This document shows positions 36,715 through 46,505 of a stretch of 64,000 bases of DNA, piece after piece. The position numbers and the translations under genes are program-made. Each line of letters opens with the position of its first letter. Within the stretch, counting starts at the first letter, position 1. The stretch is from Macrostomum lignano (lineage: Eukaryota): positions 434,001-498,000 of the forward strand of contig NIVC01000513.1 of assembly GCA_002269645.1 (NCBI GenBank), given 5' to 3'. The notes under the pieces are model-generated. The model did not search any database. It saw only the letters and a program-made list of their open reading frames with translations, and was not told where the DNA came from.

Positions 36715-37245
36715 CGGCTGAACGCTTCGATGCCATGCTTCTGCTGCTGCTGCTGATGCTGGTGCGATTGTGGCTGATGCTGCTGATGCTGCGGAAGCGG
36801 CTGTGACTGGTGATGCTCCTACAATTTCCTTTAAATACCCCTGCAGGAAGGGGATGCTGCAAAAGCAGAGAGCGCGTGTGCATTTTTTCTCTTTCCCTTG
36901 TACTGCATTTGCAAATTAGTGTACAATTGTACACTCAGACCCCAACTTGGTATAGAAAAGATCGGGTCTGATAATACCTCAGCATTTTTGTTCTCATACG
37001 GATTGTAATTGGATCTGAGTGTATCTAACCAACCGGTAGTGCTGTAGGAACGAAAAATGCAGACCGCAGCCTCACCTCCTCAGAGTACAGTCGCTTTCGC
37101 GGGTATATAAACGACCATGCTGCTGAGAGATTTTTCAGAATTCTCTCGCGCTCGCTCGCTCCGACACTCTCAGCAGCAGCAACAGCTCTATCTCCGTGAA
37201 ACTCTGTCAAAATGTCTATTCCACTTGTTGACAATTATGGTGCGC
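36715..37245 (-). repeat. Inverted repeat arm paired with 33985-34510
   Basis: Reverse-complement identity to 33985-34510 is visible throughout. Confidence 0.9.
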
Positions 37246-37996
37246 AAGCCCACATTCGATACTTATCGAGAACTGATTGAGATTCGGCGTTTCTACACTG
37301 ACAAGAACGGCAACTACAAGCACGGCTTCCCGGCGTGTTTCTAACTCGCATCGAGTGGCAGCATCTCAAGAGGGCGTGGCCGATTATTGAGTCTCAGGGA
37401 AATGCTCGACTGCTCTCGTCATAAGTTTCAACTGGGTGAGGGCCGCAATATTCTGGAAGTGAAAAACAACCAGATTTGGCTACATCGCAACAACCCGGGC
37501 CGGGTACGATGAGCGCGAGCGCTGGAAATACTTAATCAGGTTCACCCCTGAATTGTGGATTGCTCTGATGGATGCTGACGTTGACTCGCTGTTTGCCTCG
37601 CAGTCGCCGCCGCCCAAGACGGCTTCGGAGCCATCATCGTGGTTTAACAGCGGCAGCAGCAGCAATGATGGTGACGGCGATGGCAGCCGCCGCCGCAGTG
37701 CTGGCACCCCGCCACCGATTGAACTGCAGCCGCAGGTGAAGAAGCTTTCTACGACTGACGGCGGCAGCGGCAGCGGCAGCGGCAGCAGCTACAAGTGGTG
37801 GCACTCGTATCCCCCGGACTCGACTGAGCTCGAGAGCTGGGCTGCTGGCCTGACTGATGAACAGCTTTTCAAGATCCCGACCCATCAGATTGGGCCCCAC
37901 GAGCCGGCCTTTGCTGCCTGGGCTGCTGTGATCAAGGAGCAGAACAAGCGATTTAAGCTAATCTGCAGTGACAAGGCCACAATGCGTGTCGAGTGA
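37212..37996 (+). pseudogene. Putative tandem PC4-like (ssDNA-binding) protein gene with a low-complexity tail, frameshifted
   Basis: TATA at 37103-37110 and ATG at 37212. Joining frames gives IEIRRFYTDKNGNYK..PGVFLTRIEWQHLK, resembling PC4 DIRE-x-Y-x-DK-x-G..GI-x-LT-x-EQW-x-x-L, then a second unit FQLGEGRNILEV...IRFTPELWIALMD. At least 4 frame changes are needed. Confidence 0.55.
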
Positions 37997-38145
37997 AAAT
38001 GATTAAGACAATTGCTAAAAACTCTTTTTGTGTGGGCTGTATAATCATTGCTTTTTGTGTGTGAATATTCATATTCGTAATGTGTGGGTTGTATAATCAT
38101 TGCTTTTGTGGGAATATATGGTTTGTATAATAATAACTCTACTGT

Positions 38146-38385
38146 AGAACCTTGTTTATATGCTTGAAAACAAGCTATGCAGTGAAGCGAGTGGCGCGGA
38201 CCGGCGGGACATTGATGGTCAACATCATGTTGTCCGCCGTCAGCTTAGATGCGACGAAGTCATCCTCACGCAAGTCATTGCATAGTGCCGAAATTTTTTT
38301 TCGAATGTGGCTCTAATATCGGTGAGTGCTGTGAATGATACCACATACTCATACCCTGCGGCTCTAAATTTAGGCAGGGCATTTG
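38146..38385 (-). pseudogene. polB: Far N-terminal pPolB fragment
   Basis: Manual translation gives LPKFRAAGYEYVVSF..DIRATFEK/ISALCNDLREDDFVASKLTADNMMLTINVPPVRATRFTA*LVFKHINKVLQ, which fits the N-terminal pattern of Polinton polymerases (..LT-x-E-x-VF-x-x-IE-x-VLQ). Confidence 0.65.
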
Positions 38386-38798
38386 ATGTTGATGCTGATT
38401 AACTCTCAATTGTATAATTTTTACTTGTGGGAATCTGTTTCTGTGGTTATATCAACTCTAAAATTGTGAAAACCATCTTTTTGAATAAACTGGAATTGAC
38501 AAATAACATCTCTGGAATAAAAATGGTCTTATTTCATTTGTTTTGAAATTGAAAATAACCGAGACTTTGAAAATTTTATTATTAAAACAGATCGCTATAG
38601 ATCGCTGTTGTTGAGTCAGACTGACTAACTCGCTGGCGGGGCTGGGCTGGGTTTGGGCAGACTTGCTTGTCTGCTTGCTTGCTTGCAGGCTGGCGGAGCC
38701 AATGGGAGGCCTCGCAAAATCACTATAAAAACGAGACCCCTGCGAGACTGAAAATCTTTTCAAATTGAAAATTTGCGATCAACCACACACCAGCACAC

Positions 38799-39670
38799 AT
38801 GAATAGCGGCAACGGCAGCAGCAGCAGTGTAGAAGAGCCGTCGCAGTTAGTTGCGGTGGCTGTAGCACTGCGTTGCGGCCGATCTCCCTCAATCCTGTGG
38901 TGCGGGGTTGGGGGCGGTCGAGTAGGCCGGAACCCGCCACTTCCCTCCACCGCCCGACCAGTTTTAACTCTGGCGTGTAAGTATGACAGCAACAGTAGTA
39001 GCGGCAGCAGCAGCAGCAGCACCAACAGCAGCATCAGTGGCGACAGCAGCAGCAGCAGCATTGACGACGACTTTCAAGGTTGGTGCGGTGGTGGCTACTG
39101 CGGCAATGAATGTTTCCAGCCCGGTAATGGCTGTGGACTGCTGGGGGCCAGCCCCTGTGAACATGCCGCAGTCGCCACCGCTGCCGCCGCGACTATTGAA
39201 GGCAGCAGCAGCAGTAGCAGTCTGAATCAGCAACCGCGGCAACTGAAGAAGAAGACGAGCCGCTGCCGATTGGGCATCAATTTAGCCCCTCGGATGGGGC
39301 TGCAGCAGCACAGTACTGACGCTGCTGCTAGTGAAAAGGCTGCCGCTGCTGACGACGATGGCGAGGCCACATACCAAGAGTTTTTGCGGCGTTGGCGCCG
39401 CGAGCCCGACTTGGACATGGTAAATAATTGCATTTTATCTGAAAACTTTTCATTTTGCAACTAATTGCTGATTCAAAATTTCAATGCATTATAGCGGAAA
39501 ACTTTTCCCACCATTCCCTTTTCTAGCTAGCTGACTATTGTTTTGGTAGCCCCACTGAAGAGCGTGCGTATTACACGGCGGTGAAGGAGCGGCGGGTGTA
39601 TGAGGCTGATTTACATTATGAAACAGCCGCAGAATTGGACAGCCTGTTTCCTGGCTCGGGGCTTTGTTGA
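38799..39670 (+). CDS. Two-exon unknown protein (254 aa; exons 38799-39419 and 39527-39670) with Ser/Ala tracts and a Cys-rich motif
   Basis: CCAAT/TATA promoter and a phase-0 GT-AG intron at 39420-39526. The frame is open after splicing, and both the exon-2 peptide and the Cys motif are conserved in other copies. Confidence 0.7.
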
Positions 39671-39921
39671 CATTTTAATGTTGTTGCTGCACACATTTTT
39701 ATTTTCATGCACCCATAGTATATATCTCAACTCGCTATAAATGTTGTGTATGCACACTTACGTTATCCACATGCACATTCTTTTCAAATAAATTGTTTTG
39801 CAAAATTTAAATATTGCGTTGAGATTTTCACCATTTTTTCGAGTAATGATATTTAGAATGAAAAAACTATAAACCATTCCGTGTGTAAACACTGTGACTG
39901 ATTATAACCCAAAAACTTACC

Positions 39922-40380
39922 ATGGCTGCTTTAAAGGTGTCGCTGCTGACTGAAGGTGCCTGCCCGCCGGCTCGCCAGACGATCGGTTCTGTTGGCTACG
40001 ATCTCTTTGCCTCTGAAGATGCTGTTGTCCGGGCCGGGTCGGTTGCGCAGGTGCCTCTCGGAATTTCAATCCAACCGCCTGATGGGACCTACGCTCGGAT
40101 TGCCGGCCGGTCTGGGCTAGCGTTGCGCAAGTCTATACAAGTGGGCGCCGGCGTGATTGACCCTGACTATACTGGAGAATTGACTGTGGTGATATTTAAT
40201 CATGGCAATGCGGACTGGTTCATAACTCGGGGCTACCGTATCGCTCAATTAGTTTTGGAGCGTGTATTGATTGCTCCCGTAGTTGTAAGGGATCTCTATA
40301 GGGGAAATGGCGAAGAGGAGGCCGCTGGCAGTCACTCAATTCGCGGTGCAGGAGGGTTTGGTAGTACAGGCTATAATTAA
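39922..40380 (+). CDS. dut: Trimeric dUTPase, intact and intronless (152 aa)
   Basis: All five motifs are present: GYDL, GRSGLA, GVIDPDYTGEL, RIAQLV and RGAGGFGSTG. A TATA ctataaa lies at 39867-39873. Confidence 0.95.
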   Translation: MAALKVSLLTEGACPPARQTIGSVGYDLFASEDAVVRAGSVAQVPLGISIQPPDGTYARIAGRSGLALRKSIQVGAGVIDPDYTGELTVVIFNHGNADWFITRGYRIAQLVLERVLIAPVVVRDLYRGNGEEEAAGSHSIRGAGGFGSTGYN

Positions 40381-40604
40381 GTCTCAACTTGCTGTTGTCT
40401 CCTTGCTGTTATTGCTCTCTGTTTCAACTATTGAAATGAAAATATACGCTTTTCCAATGTGAGACTATATGAATACAGTCTTTTTCAATAGAATCTAGAT
40501 TTGTAACTCTACTAAAGGTAGTAGTGTAATCAGCTACATGTAGGTTTTGAATAATTGACATATAAATAGGAATATGTATATAACGTGCTTTGTAAAACTT
40601 GGGT

Positions 40605-40978
40605 GTTGACTCATTTGGATGAGATTGTACATGTAGTAGGGTTTCGAGTTGTAATTTTGGTGCGCGCGCGCTGGCCGTCTGGGGATGACACTGTAGATTA
40701 ATGCACATGTACATATAGAATTGGGGATAGACAATTTGGGATAGGGATTAATGTACATGGGATTAATGTACATATCCATTTTGAGATAGATAGGGATTAA
40801 TGTACATGGAATTAATGTACATATATGAGCACATGGATTATTACAACTACATATTGCCATATATCACGCTTAGGATAGCGTTTTCGTATACTACTTACTT
40901 CATTTTCAGATAGTAGTATAATTTGCGTTTTTTGCGTCAGAATTCTGAAAACCCAGCAGTTTCTGCACATTACGTAGT
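40605..40978 (-). repeat. Maverick TIR/terminal segment ending ...TTACGTAGT, abutting pPolB
   Basis: Homologous to 23282-23519 and 42707-43154. Confidence 0.85.
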
Positions 40979-42343
40979 GACGGTGCAGTCGAAAGACCCA
41001 TACCCGATTGGCCACCCGGTGCAACATCCGACGCCGCAGACGCTTAACTCTTACGCGCTGGCTAGCTACTTTGGCATTGCCAAAGTGACTGTGTTGCCGC
41101 CGTCAGATTTGCACATTCCGCTGCTGCCCAACAGGGTGCAAAAGAAGCTCTTTTTTGGGCTTTGCCGCACCTGTATGGAGCAGCAGTGCAGCGGCTGCGA
41201 CCACTCAGACCAAAAACGGGCGCTGACTGGCACCTGGGCAACGCCGGAGCTGCAAAAGGCCTTCCAGTTGGGCTACCGTCTGCAGGCTGTTCACGCGCTG
41301 GCCTACTGGACAGAGAAGCGGACCGGTCTGTTCGGTGATTATGTAAACGCCTTCCTCAAGATGAAGGCCGAATCGAGCGGCTCCCCCGGCATGTCGGATG
41401 AAGATAAGGCGGCCTACATTGCCGATTTTTACGCCAAGGAGGGTGTCACGCTTGACAAGGTCGAGCCCAACCCAGGACTTCGCTTTGTAGCGAAAATCTT
41501 TTTGAATTCGTAAGTATTCATAAAATTTGTTTTTTTAAATGATTTCTTCTACTAACAGTAGCTTTTCTTTTCACTACACAGGCTCTGGGGCAAATTTTGT
41601 CAGCGTGACGACCTGACCTCGACTGAGATTGTGTCCAGCTACGAGGACTGGCTCGCCCGGCTGACCGACCCCAACCTCAAAGTCAAGGCCTGCGAACCGA
41701 TTGGCAGCGAGTTTATGCTGCTAGAGTACCGGCACCGTTACTTTAATCAGCGGCCATTCAGGTACTCCAATGTGCCAATCGGAGTCTTTACGACCACGCA
41801 GGCCCAGCTGCGCCTGTACGAGGCATTGGAGGGGCTCGGCGAACGGGCCATTTACTGCGACACTGACTCGTAAGTATTGCATTGGAAAAATTCTTTTAGA
41901 ATTGAATAGTTAGCATGTGGAACTAATTATTTCGTTTTTCTCTCCCACACAGGGTCGTTTACCGGCATTCCGAGGGCCAATGGGAGCCGCCCCATGGCAC
42001 GAGCCTCGGAATGTGGACCAATGAGGTGCCCGCAGGCAGCCGGATGACCGACTTTGTAAGTGGGGGGGCCAAGCTCTACACTTACATTGTCGAGGATGCT
42101 GCTGGTGTCCGCAGCCAAGTCCTGAAATGCAAGGGCATCCGCCTGACTCCGGAGATTCGGGAGCGTAGCGACGACTTGCGCAACACCCTGCTACACGGCG
42201 GCTCTCTGCAGCTGCCGCAGTTTCAGTTCAGGCGCGACAAGGCGTCTTGTATTATACACACGATCAGTATGGACAAGACGTTTCAGCGCGTCCTGACGAA
42301 ACGGATGTACGGGGCCTGCAGCAGGCCTTATGGCTATAAATAA
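40979..42343 (+). CDS. polB: pPolB C-terminal half; three exons (40979-41509, 41582-41869, 41953-42343), open after splicing but 5'-truncated at motif A
   Basis: TVQSKDPYPIGHP, LCRTC, GTWATPEL, KIFLNS^LWGKFCQR, YCDTDS^VVY, VSGGAKLYTY, KCKGI, KRMY..PYGYK*. Both introns are gtaagt...cacag and phase 2. Confidence 0.93.
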
Positions 42344-42706
42344 TGGTGACTGACAATTCAATGTACATTTTGCATTATAAAATTAGTAAAATCTATTTGT
42401 TGTACATAATTTGCATGTTAAAGTAATGAACAGTTACAGACTACTATACAAATGTACATAAAGCATTTTTGTATTGTATGCGGCGAAATTGCCAATGTAA
42501 AAATCTATTGTACATATTTTGCGTGTCAAACTTGTTTAAAATCATTTATGAAGAGAAAATTATTGAAAAAAACAATGTAAATTTTTTGTGTATATTTTAT
42601 TTGCTGGTAATGTTGTATATAAATTATTTCCTGTAATATGCTACTGATTTAATGTAAATATATCTTCTTTGTAAATAGTTTATATACGATGTGAGCTGTA
42701 CAATTA

Positions 42707-43154
42707 GTTGAGTCATTTGGATGAGATTGTACAACTGTACATGTAGTAGGGTTTCGAGTTGTAATTTTGGTGCGCGCGCGCTGGCCGTCTGGGGATGACA
42801 CTGTACATGTGGATTAATGCACATACTGCGTACATATAGAATTGGGGATAGACATAGACAATTTGGGATAGGGATTAATGTACATGGAATTAATGTACAT
42901 ATCCATTTTGAGATAGTAAGGATTAATGTACATGGAATTAATGTACATATCCATTTTGAGATAGTAAGGATTAATGTACATGGAATTAATGTACATATAT
43001 GAGCACATGGATTATTACAACTACATATTGCCATATATCACGCTTAGGATAGAGTTTTCGTATACTACTTACTTCATTTTCAGATAGTAGTATAATTTGC
43101 GTTTTTTGCGTCAAATCTGCCTAATAACTTGGCAGTTTCTGCACGATATGTAGT
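42707..43154 (-). repeat. Maverick TIR/terminal segment ending ...ATATGTAGT; right boundary of the TE nest
   Basis: Homologous to 40605-40978, with an internal tandem expansion of the gtacatggaattaatgtacatatccattttgagatagtaaggattaat unit. Confidence 0.85.
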
Positions 43155-43839
43155 CTCTAGTGTGCTAAAGCAAACTCTTCAGTAGTACGGGATTGAGCAT
43201 TCATGAATGATTATGTGGTAGCTACTATAAGACTTAGAAATCTGAAACGAATTCAAGAGAGCTCTAGGATAAAATCAGGGCAGAAAATAGCAACAGTAGA
43301 GAGGGCAAGCAACTGAAAGCAGAGAGGTTAGATGAGGACACGCCCGGAGCTCACCCTTTCATTACAGCGCGAACGCGGCCCGTACAGACAGCAAAACTGG
43401 AACTGGTTGGAACCGGCCCGCGGGGGAGACTGATGAGGAGTTGACCTGGACCCCGCCTGGAGACGAAAGCCGGAGAAGGCCGGGACCGCACAAGAAGACT
43501 GGATCGATGAAGGGGAAAGGGATAACGAACAGTAGGAAAGAGGTCTGGGTAGAAGCGGGAACACTTCCTAACTTAGCTAATGCGTTTCAGGGCTGCCCCC
43601 CGCTACCATAGAAAAGGGGTTGGTGTGCCTACCAACTAACTAGTTTAAGGCTTATGAGTTATGACTGTGCTAGAGTTGAGGCTGTGACCTCGTTCAGGAC
43701 AAATCCTCTTGCTTGCCGTTGCTAAGTTTTTCATCCCCTCGGTTTCGAGAATATTATATAAGTCGGAGCGGAGCGCGGAAAAACGCGACCCCGCGGTTTT
43801 GCTAGAGAGTTAGCTTTGAGCTCCGTTAGGTTAACCTAC

Positions 43840-44248
43840 CAGATAACATAATGTGTTCGAGTTCTTTCTTGGTCTGATATCCGACCACAGAGGCGAGGAT
43901 CCAGAAGGGAATTATAGCCGCCAGCCTGGAAACTGAGGATCGATAGTCGTCAGTAGTTATAGCCTTCAAGTCAACGGACTGCCACAAAATCGCTAGACTA
44001 CCTATAGGAAAACATAAAGCTGAAGACACAGAGAAGACAGATACGAACAACACGTGAAGAGCTATAGCTACTAAGTCTCATCAGTTTCATGTAAATTATT
44101 CGATGTGCCTCTCGAAGAGACATACCAAAGCATGTATGACAAAATGGCAAATAAAAACGCTTCAAGACAAAGGCTTGTAGGCCTAAGGATAAAAAGTACC
44201 AAGCTAGCCTAAACCTCTCACTCTCAATGCCCGTGAATAGCTTAAACA
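43840..44248 (-). CDS. Two putative internal exons (44126-44248 and 43840-44001) of an unidentified hydrophobic host protein
   Basis: A gtatgt...ttcctatag intron joins them in frame: FKLFTGIESERFRLAWYFLSLGLQAFVLKRFYLPFCHTCFG^SLAILWQ...RLAAIIPFWILASVVGYQTKKELEHIMLS. Both exons are phase 1-1. Confidence 0.4.
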
Positions 44249-45119
44249 CTATAAATTAGACTACTTGTAAATTATTAATTATATTACTTTTGAATCTGCT
44301 AGTTATAAGCATGCACTATATAATCTAACAATTACCCATTTAGAATTTGAATTTCTGTAACTACAACTAGCTAAAAAATAATAAATAAGTTTGTCCTAGC
44401 AGTTAAGCAGTATATATAAGTAGCAATTCAAAATTGAAAAACTTACAATGAAAGTAGCCAAATACTGGTTCTGGTAATAGAACCAGTTCCCAGCCAAACT
44501 TCTAAAGAAAGCAACTTGAAGACCAACAACTAAAGGTGTAGAAACAGAAAGACTCCAACCAGCCAGCTAGGCTGCCATTTTAAGCTGTGGACCTGTGGTC
44601 GGCTTGCGCTTTGTGAGTCCCGATTGATATAAGGCAAGCGGTGGAGGGAAAGAGGTGAGGGCCAGGGCGCCACGCTGTCATTGGACCCCACGGGGGCTGT
44701 GGGGTCCTATTCGGCAGAGGCCGTACGCTCGTTGGGTATACGGCCTCTGCTATTGAAACTGGGGTGTGCGTGTGTGTAAGAATATCGATCGGTTTTATTC
44801 CAGTGTCCTGTGCCTGCATGTCTTACCCTGCGTTTAAACGCAATCCCTCTCTTTCCAGTGTGCGTTGCATCAATATTGGACTTGGTTGGTCGGCCATTTC
44901 TGACGCAACGCAATGGAAGAAAGGAAGGTGACAATAAATCTACGTCTCTCTTAGTCTTACTCACCAGTCATCACACCACTTTCGTTCCTCCATAGCGAAG
45001 GCGATGACACACAACATGAACATGAACGCAATGCAGGCTCTAATCACCAAATAGACCCAGCCCAGGAGAGGAGAGTCTCTTATTTGTGTCTGAGTGAGTC
45101 AGTTCATTCCTTCAGTCTT

Positions 45120-45535
45120 TCTCCGTCTGTCTTACTCTTAGTGTCCTGTCTCCGTCTGTCTGTTGAGTGTCGACTCTGTCTGTCTGTCTATCGACTCTGT
45201 CTGTCTGTCTGTATTTGTCTGTCTTACTGTCTGACTGTCTTTAGTGTCTGTCTGTCTGTCTGTTCTAGTGTCTGACTGTCTTAGTATCTATCTGTCTGTC
45301 TGTCTGTCTTTGTGTCTGTCTGTCTGGCTTAGTGTCTCTCTTTATTGTCTCTCTGTATGTCTGTCTTTAGTGTCTGTCTGTCTGCCTATCTGTTGGTCTG
45401 TCTGCCTTAGTGTCTGTGTAGTGTACCTTTAGTATCTGTCTGTCAGTCTGTACCTGCCGTGTCGGTCTATCTTAATGCCTGTTTGTCTGTCTATCTTTGT
45501 CTGTTTGTCTGTCTGCCTGTCTGTCTGTCTTTCTA

Positions 45536-45572
<37 letters not shown>

Positions 45573-45665
45573 TTCTATGTCTGTCTGTCTGTCTGTCTAT
45601 CTTTGTCTGTTTGTCTGTCTGCCTGTCTGTCTGTCTGTCTGTCTGCCTGTCTGTCTGTCTTTCTA

Positions 45666-45706
<41 letters not shown>

Positions 45707-45887
45707 TTCTATGTCTGTCTGTCTGTCTGTCTATCTTTGTCTGTTTGTCTGTCTGCCTGTCTGTCTGTCTGTCTGTCTGTCTTTCTATGTCTGTCTGTCT
45801 GTCTGTCTTTCTATTTCTGTCTTAGTGTCTGTCTGTCTGTCTGTCTTTCTGTCATAGTCATAGGTTCTATTAGTCTGTCTGGCTGGC

Positions 45888-45932
<45 letters not shown>

Positions 45933-45955
45933 TTCTGTCATAGTTATAGGTTCTA

Positions 45956-45994
<39 letters not shown>

Positions 45995-46059
45995 TTCTGT
46001 CATAGTTATAGGTTCTATCTGTCTGTCTGTCTGTCATTGTTATAGGTTCTATCTATCTA

Positions 46060-46134
<75 letters not shown>

Positions 46135-46258
46135 GTCTGTCTGTCTGTCTGCCTGTCTTTCTATTTCTGTCTTAGTGTCTGTCTGTCTGTCTGTCTTTCT
46201 GTCATAGTCATAGGTTCTATTAGTCTGTCTGTCTGTATGTCTGTCTGTATGTTTGTAT

Positions 46259-46291
<33 letters not shown>

Positions 46292-46349
46292 CCTGTCTGT
46301 CTGTCTGTCTTTCTGTCATAGTTATAGGTTCTGTCTGGCTGGCTGGCTC

Positions 46350-46412
<63 letters not shown>

Positions 46413-46505
46413 TTCTGTCTTGTTATAGGTTCTATCTGTCTGTCTGTCTGTCATAGTTATAGGTTCTATCTATCTGTCTGTCTGTCTGTCTGTCTGTCTC
46501 TGTCT
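45120..46505. repeat. Degenerate (TGTC)n microsatellite with higher-order blocks
   Basis: Direct inspection; the block ctttctgtcatagttataggttctat recurs. Confidence 0.95.

Noticed and set aside
43425-43470. Hammerhead ribozyme core (ctgatgag...gaaa)
   Set aside because: Stem II does not pair beyond one base pair, and no stems I/III were found.
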